Below are positions 9,194-17,862 of a stretch of 32,000 nucleotides of DNA, piece after piece. The position numbers and the translations under genes are program-made. This stretch comes from Fastidiosibacter lacustris (GTDB lineage Bacteria; Pseudomonadota; Gammaproteobacteria; Francisellales; Francisellaceae): contig NZ_QLIR01000001.1 of NCBI RefSeq assembly GCF_003428155.1, positions 120,001 to 152,000 on the forward strand. Direction: 5' to 3'. Below the pieces are notes generated by a model, which did no database searches, was not told the DNA's origin, and worked only from the letters and a program-made list of their open reading frames with translations. The first letter of the stretch is position 1. Each line of letters opens with the position of its first letter.

Positions 9194-10525
9194 TTATACA
9201 TGCACTAGAATTTCACCTCCTTGAGTTATTTCCTCAAGGGACTTTTGCTTGGTTTCAGTAATGCAATAAGTAAAAAATATAAACCCAATTATTGATATTA
9301 TGGCAAATGTAAGAAATGTTGCTGATGTGCCCAGCAAACTTATCATTGTCGGGAAAAACATTGCAACAATTATGTTTGTAAACCAATTAGCTGCAATTGA
9401 TAAGCTCATGCCCAATCCGCGAATATCAATTGGGAAAATTTCAGCTGGTAGCAAAAAGCATGCTGGTCCAACGCTTAACCCTTGGCACAATACAAATATA
9501 ACAGATAGTATCAGAATGACGCTTGCAAGGATTATAGGGTTATTTATCAATGCATATGAGGCACTCATCAAAACAAGGCACGTGATAATGCCAACCAATC
9601 CAGTTAGCAGCATTCTTCTTCTGCCAAGTTTATCTAACTTTCTGCTAGCTATAATTGCAGCAAACATAACTGCAAAACCTATAAATATGGATGCAAATAT
9701 AGCTATATTCCCATTTCTAAACCCTGCATCCATCAAAATGGTTGGAGCATAGTAAATCACAGCATTAATTCCAACCGCTTGCGTAAATATGCCAATGGCA
9801 ATGCCAATTAGCAAAAGTCGTTTATGTGTCCACGTAAGTTTGCTTAATTTTGTCACTTGGACATGCTTGTTTTTGCGAACAAACTCAAGTTCAGTATTTT
9901 GGTCAACGATGGAATATAACTCTTTAATAACCCTATTAGCTTGTGCTTCGCGTCCTTTTGTATAAAGCCATCGTGGAGACTCTGGTAATACTTTTAAACA
10001 TAAAGTGAATATAATTGCAGGAATCGCGGTGATTAAAAACATTAACTGCCAAGATTCAAAGCCTGCAAGTAGCGCATTGCTTACATAGCATAAGAATATT
10101 CCTGCATTAACTGATATGAGATAGTATGTCACAATTTTACCTCTATGCTGAGCAGGTGACAACTCGCTAAGATATAGAGGTGTAATAGTTGAGCTTAATC
10201 CAACACCTAATCCCATAAATAGTCGACCAATGATTATCCAGTCAATATTCATGCCTATGGTGCAAAAAATACTCCCAGTTAAGAATAGTAAACCAGTTAT
10301 CACTAAGGCTTTTTTTCTGCCAAAATAGTCTATAACTCTGCCTGACAATACAGCTGAAACTAGGGCGCCTATAGGTACTCCGCTTACAATAATACCCTCA
10401 GCCAACGGTGTTAAATGAAAGTCGTTTTTTAAATAAATCATTGCCCCTGAAATGATACCAGCATCAAAACCGAACAGCAGTCCTGATATTGAGCACACAA
10501 ATAGAATAAACTTCAAATTCCTCAT
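9194..10525 (-). CDS. MFS sugar porter family transporter
   Basis: 12-TM-type sequence with the sugar-porter motifs GRKK, PESPRWL and PAEIFP. Confidence 0.9.
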   Translation of the reverse strand: MRNLKFILFVCSISGLLFGFDAGIISGAMIYLKNDFHLTPLAEGIIVSGVPIGALVSAVLSGRVIDYFGRKKALVITGLLFLTGSIFCTIGMNIDWIIIGRLFMGLGVGLSSTITPLYLSELSPAQHRGKIVTYYLISVNAGIFLCYVSNALLAGFESWQLMFLITAIPAIIFTLCLKVLPESPRWLYTKGREAQANRVIKELYSIVDQNTELEFVRKNKHVQVTKLSKLTWTHKRLLLIGIAIGIFTQAVGINAVIYYAPTILMDAGFRNGNIAIFASIFIGFAVMFAAIIASRKLDKLGRRRMLLTGLVGIITCLVLMSASYALINNPIILASVILILSVIFVLCQGLSVGPACFLLPAEIFPIDIRGLGMSLSIAANWFTNIIVAMFFPTMISLLGTSATFLTFAIISIIGFIFFTYCITETKQKSLEEITQGGEILVHV

Positions 10526-10614
10526 TTTAAAACTCCCTTATTTTTGTAGTAGAGACTTATGACAAAATGTAACTAAATTTGCATAAAGCACAACAATTTT
10601 TTATATACATCAGC

Positions 10615-10662
10615 AATATTTAGGGGGTTTCCCCTAAAAATCCGAAATATTTAGGGGATTTC
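10615..10662. promoter_or_regulatory. Direct repeat AATATTTAGGGG(G/A)TTTC x2 with a 20-bp dyad TTTAGGGG-GTTT-CCCCTAAA, upstream of the MFS/LuxR/aldolase genes
   Basis: Repeats lie at 10615-10631 and 10646-10662, 31 bp apart. The dyad is at 10619-10638. The element is 90-135 bp upstream of the transporter start on the minus strand. Confidence 0.4.
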
Positions 10663-11029
10663 GATGAATGATTTTTACGTGTTGATACATGAAAATACTA
10701 AACACATGGCAGCCAAGATGGATTGCTATTAAGTACAAACTAAGCGCTTAGTTTTTGAGATTATTCATGAGAAAATACTAAAAAGGATTAGATATGACCT
10801 TGATTAATATATTCGACTTGCTACAATCGCTAGTGTCGGGCTTCGAAACCCAGATCATAAGCGGATGGATTACGTTATTAATCTTTCTAAACAAACTCCG
10901 AAGTTTTTTCAAATTTCGGGTGGGCGTATGCCATACAACACCAGCAATGGGAAAGCATATGCGCGTAGCTTGTGATACGTTTCGAACCACCCGATGCAAC
11001 TTTCGAAAAAAATCATAAGGAGTCTAGCT

Positions 11030-11860
11030 ATGGCAGAAAGACGAATGTTTGCAAAAAGTATCATTGATAGTGATGCTTTTCTCGATATGTCATTGTCCAC
11101 ACAAGCATTATATTTTCATTTATGTATGCGTGCAGATGATGATGGCTTCATAAACAACGCTAAAAAAATCATACGAATGATTGGCGCAGGGGATGATGAA
11201 ATCAAGATTCTACTTGCCAAGAAATTTTTAATTGCCTTTGAAACTGGGGTTATAGTCATCAAACATTGGCGCATCCATAATTACATCCGTAGTGATAGAT
11301 ACAAGCCAACGAATTATCCTCATGAGTTTACAAAACTGAGTATTGACAGTAACAATTCTTACTCTTTGGGTGTAAATGGTATACCAAACGACAACCATAT
11401 GGATACCAGTCGTATACCAAATGGAAACCCAGGTAAGGTTAGGTTAGAGTTAGGTAAGGATATAGATACTTCTAACGAAGTATCTTTGTCGGGCAACCCC
11501 GACGATACAAATCCAAAAAGCTACCCTTATGCCGAGATTGTAAATTACCTCAACCAGAAAACAGGTAGCAATTACCAGTCAACCTGCAAAAAAACACGTG
11601 AGCTCATTCGTGCACGTTTTGCCGATGGTCATGATGTCGATGCGTTTAAACGAGCAGTCGATAATCAAGTCGCACTTTGGTGGCATGATTTTAAATTTCG
11701 TCAGTACTTACGACCCGATACACTTTTTGGTCCGAAAATGGATAGTTATGCCAATGCAAACGTAACACCTGAGCAGATAGCCGTGGCACAGGGCAAAGTG
11801 GGGGTGGCAATTGCTCGAGGAATGGAAGAAGGCACTTTTAACATCAAAGACATGTTTTAG
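11030..11860 (+). CDS. Phage replisome organizer / replication protein (Phage_rep_org_N-like N-terminus, conserved phage C-terminal domain)
   Basis: AAGGAG Shine-Dalgarno then the ATG at 11030. N-terminus is MAERRMFAKSIIDSDAFLDMSLSTQALYFHLCMRADDDGFINN. C-terminus is YPYAEIVNYLNQKTGSNYQ...IRARFADGH...FKRAVDNQV..W......YLRPDTLFG. Confidence 0.8.
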   Translation: MAERRMFAKSIIDSDAFLDMSLSTQALYFHLCMRADDDGFINNAKKIIRMIGAGDDEIKILLAKKFLIAFETGVIVIKHWRIHNYIRSDRYKPTNYPHEFTKLSIDSNNSYSLGVNGIPNDNHMDTSRIPNGNPGKVRLELGKDIDTSNEVSLSGNPDDTNPKSYPYAEIVNYLNQKTGSNYQSTCKKTRELIRARFADGHDVDAFKRAVDNQVALWWHDFKFRQYLRPDTLFGPKMDSYANANVTPEQIAVAQGKVGVAIARGMEEGTFNIKDMF

Positions 11861-11874
11861 GAGGGGGATTGAAT

Positions 11875-12504
11875 ATGTTAGATAAAAACATTTTTAGCTC
11901 TTGGTTTACGTTTATCGAAAACCAGTACGGTCAAAAAGACCAGAGTTTTAAAGAGATTTATTTTGAGATGTTGAATGACATCGAAACAGGCGACTTTAAA
12001 GCGGGCGTTAAAAAGCTTTTAAGTCAAAGGGTATATAACTCGTTTCCAACGATTGCAGAAATTAGAAACGCTTGCCTAGTTGATGTTGATAGTCGTGCAA
12101 TTATGGCGTGGCAGGCGGTTTATGATGCAATATCACGTTATGGAGCTTATGGCACAGTAGCATTCGGTGACAAGGTGATACATATGGCGCTGGAGGCTGT
12201 TGGTGGTTGGCATCGTTTGTGTACGAGCACAATTCAGCAGTTGGAGTTTTTGAAGAAAGATTTTGCCAAGGCATACGTGAGTTATTCGTTTACGCCGATG
12301 GAGACAAAACCATATTTTGCAGGAATTTGTGACCAACAAAACGGCTCGGTAATGATTAACCGAATTGGCTGCAATTACCTAAGCGAATCAGAGAGCAACA
12401 AACAACTAGCCTATGTTGCGGGCAATAAAGGCAGTGCCAAGCAAATCATGGCAGAGATAAAAAACAAGATTGCATTTAAGGAAGTTCAAGGAGGTGCAGC
12501 ATGA
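11875..12504 (+). CDS. Hypothetical phage protein in the replication module
   Basis: ORF with a GGAGGGGG Shine-Dalgarno, tightly packed after the replisome organizer. No family recognised by eye. Confidence 0.6.
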   Translation: MLDKNIFSSWFTFIENQYGQKDQSFKEIYFEMLNDIETGDFKAGVKKLLSQRVYNSFPTIAEIRNACLVDVDSRAIMAWQAVYDAISRYGAYGTVAFGDKVIHMALEAVGGWHRLCTSTIQQLEFLKKDFAKAYVSYSFTPMETKPYFAGICDQQNGSVMINRIGCNYLSESESNKQLAYVAGNKGSAKQIMAEIKNKIAFKEVQGGAA

Positions 12505-12803
12505 GTTTTGATAAGTTAATTTATGCGCAAGTGCAGGAAGCGTTGCAGCCGGTTCTAAGTCGGTTAAACCAGTGTATTGATGTGATGACGCAAGTAAAAA
12601 AATACCAAGAGGTGCAAATAACATCGGCAGAAGCAGCAAGAATACTTGGTAAGACACCTGAAACAATCCATAACTATGTTGAACATGGGAAGCTTACACC
12701 AGTTGACCCTAGTGCAAGATATAAAAGTTTTACTTTAGCTGAAATTGAAGCATTTAAGCAAAAATATGTGGCTTCAAGCATCACAAAAACCAAGGAGGGC
12801 TAA
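12501..12803 (+). CDS. Helix-turn-helix DNA-binding protein (excisionase/MerR-like HTH)
   Basis: ATGA overlap with the upstream gene. Contains ITSAEAARILGKTPETIHNYVEHGKLTPV. Confidence 0.6.
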   Translation: MSFDKLIYAQVQEALQPVLSRLNQCIDVMTQVKKYQEVQITSAEAARILGKTPETIHNYVEHGKLTPVDPSARYKSFTLAEIEAFKQKYVASSITKTKEG

Positions 12804-12806
12804 GCC

Positions 12807-12998
12807 ATGAAAATAACTAGCAAGATGTTGAAATATCGTACACAGAGAATAATCCAGATGGACAGAGAGGAAATTGCAAGCGATAAAAATGCGCATAAAT
12901 TGCCTTCATGCAACTTTTTTCAAAAACCTATAGAAAGGTATTACCGTGATGTCGTTCGTTCATTGGCACCATATTTACGGCGAAATGCGGGGGTTTAA
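12807..12998 (+). CDS. Hypothetical small basic phage protein
   Basis: ORF with an AGGAGGG Shine-Dalgarno just upstream. No recognisable family. Confidence 0.4.
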   Translation: MKITSKMLKYRTQRIIQMDREEIASDKNAHKLPSCNFFQKPIERYYRDVVRSLAPYLRRNAGV

Positions 12999-13061
12999 AT
13001 TAAGGCAGTACAGCTTTAATGGCAACATCTTTTAATTAAAAGCTAAACAAGGGATAAGGAA

Positions 13062-13571
13062 ATGATTTTCAATAAAAAACAAACTGAAGAAGAAACGTGG
13101 GACGTGGAGTGGGATAAAGTTGATGATGCAATAGCAGATTATGTGATAGACCAGGGTAATCAGTTACTGCAAAGTTTAGCGGAGGATATTACAGAAACTC
13201 ACAAAAAAACAACAACTTTATTGGCGCTACTGATTTCCGCGGTATCAGCATTGATGACACTGCAAAACTGGTTGCCGCACAAGTTTGTGGTCATCATGGT
13301 AGTTGGGTTCATTCTGTCAATACTGATATTTCTAGCTGCAATCAAAACAGTGGGCTTAAGCGGTGGAGTCAGACCGTCAAGACTACTGCACAGCCACACT
13401 TACAAGCACAAGATGTTGTATTTTAAACAGTGCATCATTATTGGCATAGAAAAAAGCATTAGCGATGATTCAACCAAACTTGCCTGGAAATCAAAGTTGT
13501 TCAACGCTGGATTGTGTACTGCACTGGCAACAGTTGTTCTTGCTGCCTTAAGTTTTATCGTGACGAGTTGA
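13062..13571 (+). CDS. Hypothetical membrane protein (about 3 predicted TM segments)
   Basis: Hydrophobic stretches LLALLISAVSALMTL, FVVIMVVGFILSILIFLAAI and LCTALATVVLAALSFIV. Confidence 0.55.
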   Translation: MIFNKKQTEEETWDVEWDKVDDAIADYVIDQGNQLLQSLAEDITETHKKTTTLLALLISAVSALMTLQNWLPHKFVVIMVVGFILSILIFLAAIKTVGLSGGVRPSRLLHSHTYKHKMLYFKQCIIIGIEKSISDDSTKLAWKSKLFNAGLCTALATVVLAALSFIVTS

Positions 13572-13776
13572 AGTCTCTTCGTCTGTCGTTGTCTCCAGGC
13601 TTGTATGGGACTCTGTCAGGAACTGGTTGGCGCGGGTTTAAGTCAAACATGTAAACATCCTTATGGTTTGTTAATTGGCAAGAAAAGTTTACCAGAGCGC
13701 TCACTGCATAACAATCCTTGCAGTTAATTGGCGTTAGCGTGAGGCGTGGGTGTTCTGGTATGAGGGAGAAAAATAG

Positions 13777-13977
13777 ATGCACCAATCATTAGAGATATTA
13801 AATCACTTAAAAGATAACGGCAGCATAACGCCGCTTGAAGCATTAAACCGCTACGGCTGTATGCGTCTTGGTGCCCGTATTTTTGACTTACGTAGCAAGG
13901 GTTATCCGATTAAAACGGAGATTTTAAAGAGCAATAAGAAGTACGCAATTTATAAATTGATGGAGGGGGAGTTATGA
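13777..13977 (+). CDS. Small winged-helix DNA-binding protein (HTH_39-like)
   Basis: LEILNHLKDNGSITPLEALNRYGCMRLGARIFDLRSKGYPIKTE matches the common phage/plasmid helix-turn-helix family with the ...ITPLEAL...G..RLAARI.EL...G..I pattern. Confidence 0.65.
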   Translation: MHQSLEILNHLKDNGSITPLEALNRYGCMRLGARIFDLRSKGYPIKTEILKSNKKYAIYKLMEGEL

Positions 13978-14046
13978 GCAATCTCAACTTCAATCAGCGT
14001 TTGGTATATGGGTGATGTCGATAACAACTTTAATGGATAAATTAAG

Positions 14047-14379
14047 ATGAAAGAAAAATATACAATAGATGAACAGCTTAAAATATTTGATCAGTTAATA
14101 AAATTAAAAACTAAGATGATACTATGCGCAAGAAAACTTGATAATTTACATCATGATATTCGGCTATGCGATGATATGGATAATTTTCAGGAAATACACA
14201 TGTACAACGGCATTGATGTTTTGGCTAAAAAGTATGACAAAAAAATAAACATAGATCGAAGATTCATGGAAGGTCGATGTTACAAAAAATACATAAATAT
14301 AGATGTTGGTAATAAGTGTATTATGAAGGTTTTTCAGCTAGAGAAAAAAGACGAAGAGTGGTGGAAATTATGGATGTAA
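14047..14379 (+). CDS. Hypothetical phage protein
   Basis: 110-aa ORF in line with neighbouring plus-strand genes. No family recognised. Confidence 0.45.
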   Translation: MKEKYTIDEQLKIFDQLIKLKTKMILCARKLDNLHHDIRLCDDMDNFQEIHMYNGIDVLAKKYDKKINIDRRFMEGRCYKKYINIDVGNKCIMKVFQLEKKDEEWWKLWM

Positions 14380-14547
14380 ACGAGAAAACAGTTCAGAAAA
14401 GCGGATTTGGTTGATGCTGATTTAACAAGGGCTGAATTAAATGGTGGCTAAATTAAGGGAACGCACAAGGGAATTGAAATTAACTTTCACAAAGCAGTTA
14501 ATACAGATTGGTAATATTGGACTTATAGCAGTAATGAATATTTAGTC

Positions 14548-14739
14548 ATGAGCGAGTCAAAAAACGCAGCAATTTTAAAAGCACAGCGACAGCTATTACA
14601 AAGCCAAAGTTTATCTAGCATTACATTATACGCAAGTGGGGAGGTGGGGGCTGAGTGCGTCTTAAATGGGAAGTTTACCTTTTCATCTTTTGACGCATTT
14701 CAGTATTGGCTTGATAACGAGGGTAATCTATTCATTTAA
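14548..14739 (+). CDS. Hypothetical small phage protein
   Basis: 63-aa ORF immediately upstream of recT. Confidence 0.4.
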   Translation: MSESKNAAILKAQRQLLQSQSLSSITLYASGEVGAECVLNGKFTFSSFDAFQYWLDNEGNLFI

Positions 14740-14754
14740 AACCTGGGGGGAGGA

Positions 14755-15486
14755 ATGAGTCAAGAAATACAAACAGCAAATAATCAGGTGCCGATGGTCA
14801 CTGATGAACAAATTGGCAAGTATTTGGAGTCAATGGGGAATAACCTAAACCCAGTTCATAGAACGCAATTTGTTGAGCTTGCCAAGGCGTTTAATTTAAA
14901 TCCGTTTTTAAGGCAAATTCATGGCATTGCGTATGGTGACAATTTTAACATCGTGGTCGGTTATGAGGTTTATATTCAACGTGCTGAACGCAGCGGTCAG
15001 TTAGCCGGCTGGAAAGCGTGGACGGAAGGTGTCGCGCCAAATTTAAAAGCTTGTATTGAAATTAAGCGCAAGGACTGGTCTGAACCTTTTTATCACGAGG
15101 TTTATTTTGATGAGTACGCGCAAAACAATCAAATGTGGAAATCTAAGCCGCGTACCATGCTTAAAAAAGTGGCGATTGCACAAGGGTTTAGAATGGCGTT
15201 TAGCGTAGAGCTAGGCGGAATTCCCTACACGCAAGACGAGTTACCGCCAAGCGAACCAATAGACGTTACACCAAAGCAAGAGCCCCCCAAGAAAGAGCCA
15301 GCACATCCAGTTGTAAATCAATTGCTATTTAAAATTCAAGAGGCGGGACTTGATGTTAAGGATTTTGCCAAATTTGCACAGTTTAAGTCGGATGATTTAG
15401 ACAGTTGCCAGTTGGCATTGAATAACTTTATGGACTTGGTCAAACAGTACAAAGCATCCAAGGTAATTGACCATGAAACTTTATGA
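14755..15486 (+). CDS. recT: RecT/Bet-family single-strand annealing recombinase
   Basis: GGGGGGAGGA Shine-Dalgarno. Contains ...FVELAKAFNLNPFLRQIHGIAYGDNFNIVVGYEVYIQRAERSGQLAGW...MLKKVAIAQGFRMAF, typical of the RecT family. Confidence 0.8.
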   Translation: MSQEIQTANNQVPMVTDEQIGKYLESMGNNLNPVHRTQFVELAKAFNLNPFLRQIHGIAYGDNFNIVVGYEVYIQRAERSGQLAGWKAWTEGVAPNLKACIEIKRKDWSEPFYHEVYFDEYAQNNQMWKSKPRTMLKKVAIAQGFRMAFSVELGGIPYTQDELPPSEPIDVTPKQEPPKKEPAHPVVNQLLFKIQEAGLDVKDFAKFAQFKSDDLDSCQLALNNFMDLVKQYKASKVIDHETL

Positions 15487-15961
15487 CATTAATCAGGAAA
15501 TTATGCAGGTCATTTGTGAAGCGGTTGACGTTGAAACGGGTGAAGTGATTGCTGAGCTTGATACGGAAAAGCTAACAAATCTCAAGATAGCGCGTGAGGA
15601 AAAGGTGCTTAATCTCGGGAAATACATTAAAAACTTAGATGCTGAATTAACTGCAGTAAGTAATGAAAAAGCAAAATTTGTTAAGTGGGAACAATCACTC
15701 AAAAAACGCATTGAATCGATTAAAACTTATTTGGCTAAAAACATGGCTGAGGGCGAGAAGTTTAAAGACGCGCAAATCATGGTGAGTTGGCGTATGCCTG
15801 GCGAACAGGTACATGTGTCTAACGTTAATATGATTCCCGAAAAATACAAACGAATTACCGTCGAGCCCGACAAAGTTGAGCTTAAAAAAGCAATTAAAAA
15901 TGGCGAAGCAATTACTGGCGCTTATTTGCAGTACGGTGAGCCAGGTGTGTTGATTAGGTAA
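15473..15961 (+). CDS. Siphovirus Gp157-family protein
   Basis: MKLYDINQEIMQV... with a coiled-coil middle, positioned after recT as is usual for Gp157 family genes. The track start at 15467 is a TTG. The ATG at 15473 is preferred. Confidence 0.6.
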   Translation: MKLYDINQEIMQVICEAVDVETGEVIAELDTEKLTNLKIAREEKVLNLGKYIKNLDAELTAVSNEKAKFVKWEQSLKKRIESIKTYLAKNMAEGEKFKDAQIMVSWRMPGEQVHVSNVNMIPEKYKRITVEPDKVELKKAIKNGEAITGAYLQYGEPGVLIR

Positions 15962-15967
15962 ATAATA

Positions 15968-16333
15968 ATGCAGTACGAATTTACAACAATATACCCACCA
16001 AGCGTCAATAACCTCTATATGACGACCAAGAGTGGCAAAAAATGCTTATCAAAGAGGCATATTAAATTCAGAAATCAGCTGTATTTTGATGCGATTGAGC
16101 AATGCGGGCGTGTTATTAAACCTATTACTGGAGATGCCAAGTTAGTCGTTTTGCTTAGTCCGCCAGATAATCGCGTCCGTGATGTTGATAACGCGCTTAA
16201 GTCACTATTTGATGGGATTAAGCAAGCCCGTATTATCAACGATGACAGTCAAATTAAAACGCTCTATGTGCGCATGTTAGCTAAAAAGCGTGGCGGTAGC
16301 TGCACAGTTAAAATTAAATCAATAGGAGATTAG
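15968..16333 (+). CDS. rusA: RusA-family Holliday junction resolvase
   Basis: YPPSVNNLY ... RDVDNALKSLFDGIKQARIINDDSQI matches RusA motifs. Length is 121 aa. Confidence 0.8.
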   Translation: MQYEFTTIYPPSVNNLYMTTKSGKKCLSKRHIKFRNQLYFDAIEQCGRVIKPITGDAKLVVLLSPPDNRVRDVDNALKSLFDGIKQARIINDDSQIKTLYVRMLAKKRGGSCTVKIKSIGD

Positions 16334-16336
16334 TTA

Positions 16337-16510
16337 ATGATTGAGATTGCAAAACATCAAGAGTGGAGAGCTGCACGAATCATAGCAAATATGGCTAAAA
16401 AAGGCGAAATACAGCCATTGCATTGGCTTAAGATTCCAAATGCAGTAATCAAAAAATATTACATGACTATTAACAAAGAAAACAGGAAAAATAAACATGC
16501 ACAATTATAA
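16337..16510 (+). CDS. Possible small hypothetical protein (57 aa, below the ORF-track cutoff)
   Basis: Manual translation gives MIEIAKHQEWRAARIIANMAKKGEIQPLHWLKIPNAVIKKYYMTINKENRKNKHAQL. It fills the gap between rusA and the next gene. Confidence 0.3.
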   Translation: MIEIAKHQEWRAARIIANMAKKGEIQPLHWLKIPNAVIKKYYMTINKENRKNKHAQL

Positions 16511-16799
16511 TATTGTTGCTACAACAGGCACCTACATCGGACAAGATGGTCAAAAAAGATATCTAAATAAAACAGTTGGCAAAGTATTTGAGACGAAAAG
16601 CGGCGTTAAGCTAAAGCTCGATGCCAGCTTTAATTTAGCGGCACTTGAGCAAACTGCTGATGGTAGTGTGTGGTTAGCTGTATTCCCACCTAAAGAGCAA
16701 CAACCTGAGCAAACACATCAAAGACCACGTGCGCAGCCGTACGCACCGCCGACAATGCAACAGGTTAATGACTTTCAAGATGATGAGATACCGTTTTGA
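16497..16799 (+). CDS. Short protein ending in an SSB-type acidic tail (FQDDEIPF); candidate non-canonical ssDNA-binding protein
   Basis: The C-terminus ...PPTMQQVNDFQDDEIPF mimics the bacterial SSB C-terminal tip (DDDIPF), preceded by a Pro/Gln-rich linker. It sits inside the recombination module. Confidence 0.55.
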   Translation: MHNYNIVATTGTYIGQDGQKRYLNKTVGKVFETKSGVKLKLDASFNLAALEQTADGSVWLAVFPPKEQQPEQTHQRPRAQPYAPPTMQQVNDFQDDEIPF

Positions 16800-16830
16800 G
16801 CCTGCTACAATAATTAAGAGGTTAGATTAA

Positions 16831-17250
16831 ATGTATATATTTAATGACAAGGCATTTAAAACAAAAAAAGCGCTGTTTCGTTATGTTAAAGATAATAACC
16901 TGACTACATGCGCAGAAAAGTACTTTATTAGAGCGCTTGCAGAGAATGATTTTAACGTTATTGAGACGATTGCTTATGTTAAGCAAAATTATAAAACCAA
17001 CAAAATTTCAAAAAAATCTTTTGAAATTAATGGCATGCGCTATAAAAATATGCGCGAATTTGAAGAGCAATATGACCTACCACAGGGCACATTATCGGTC
17101 ATTAAAGTAAAAAACAAAATAACGGTGGAGCAAGCTGTTTTACAGGCACTGGAGTTGCCATTTGTAAAACAACAATTGGCTTATAAAAACTCATTTGCCG
17201 CCAAATTTTTACAATTAAGATTACCAACGACGAATTTTGTTTACCATTAA
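16831..17250 (+). CDS. Hypothetical phage protein
   Basis: 139-aa ORF with a GAGG Shine-Dalgarno. No family recognised. Confidence 0.5.
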   Translation: MYIFNDKAFKTKKALFRYVKDNNLTTCAEKYFIRALAENDFNVIETIAYVKQNYKTNKISKKSFEINGMRYKNMREFEEQYDLPQGTLSVIKVKNKITVEQAVLQALELPFVKQQLAYKNSFAAKFLQLRLPTTNFVYH

Positions 17251-17269
17251 AGTAAATAGGAGGGGGGGG

Positions 17270-17683
17270 ATGGAAACTTTAATATTGTCAACAGGTTACA
17301 AGCTGGTTAAAAATGCAATCGGAGAGCAATACGCTGAGATAGTGTACAATATTGCATGTACAAATGCGCGCAATATGGTCAATATCCCGCTTTATGCCGA
17401 TAAATCGACTGGCTATCTTAAAAAAGCATTGCCAGAAGCCGTGTTTAAGAAATTGGTCCAGAATCTTGGTGGTCAAAGACTGCCCATACATAAGGAAAAC
17501 GTTAAGATAAGCGACTCAAAACTTAAAGAATGGGCAGCTAGGAAGTTAAGCGAAGCAGGTGCATCACCGCATGAAGTAGCACAACTGCTTGGTGTAAAAG
17601 AAAAGACGGTTTTGAATTGTTATACTGAGCAGCCGCGGAAGCCTGTTGACAAGAGTGTGCAACGGCAGTTGTGTTTGTTTTAA
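17270..17683 (+). CDS. Hypothetical protein with a C-terminal HTH (possible Mor-like late activator)
   Basis: An AGGAGGGGGGGG tract sits directly before the ATG at 17270. The C-terminal segment is GASPHEVAQLLGVKEKTVLNCY. It lies just upstream of the packaging/late genes. Confidence 0.45.
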   Translation: METLILSTGYKLVKNAIGEQYAEIVYNIACTNARNMVNIPLYADKSTGYLKKALPEAVFKKLVQNLGGQRLPIHKENVKISDSKLKEWAARKLSEAGASPHEVAQLLGVKEKTVLNCYTEQPRKPVDKSVQRQLCLF

Positions 17684-17862
17684 GTAATGTTTTGTTCTTG
17701 CGTATTTTCTTCTTCATTAAATAATATAAGCCAAAGTTGCACAATCTATCTGATGGTTGGTTGATAGGATGCGGTAAGCAAAATGTTTTTAGGTACTTTT
17801 AAAAGGATAAATCAAAGCGGGTTTGATACGCGCAAAAAGCACTTTCTGCGTGAATTAAAAAA

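Noticed and set aside
9300-9752. 150-aa plus-strand ORF
   Set aside because: It is antisense to the well-supported MFS transporter gene.
10916-10995. tRNA-like or tRNA-fragment att site (TTCGAA motifs, 8-bp terminal stem)
   Set aside because: It cannot be folded into a cloverleaf because no T-arm stem adjoins the 3' strand. It has no match to the 3' end of the nearby tRNA-Arg.
10778-11100. Three mutually overlapping ORFs (10778..10999 minus, 10794..11018 plus, 10909..11100 minus)
   Set aside because: They have no Shine-Dalgarno, overlap each other on both strands, overlap the replisome-organizer start and give implausible translations. The region is treated as non-coding and regulatory.
13555-13785. 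76-aa minus-strand ORF
   Set aside because: It has no ribosome-binding site, points against the operon and has Pro/Arg-rich odd composition. It is more likely a non-coding region.
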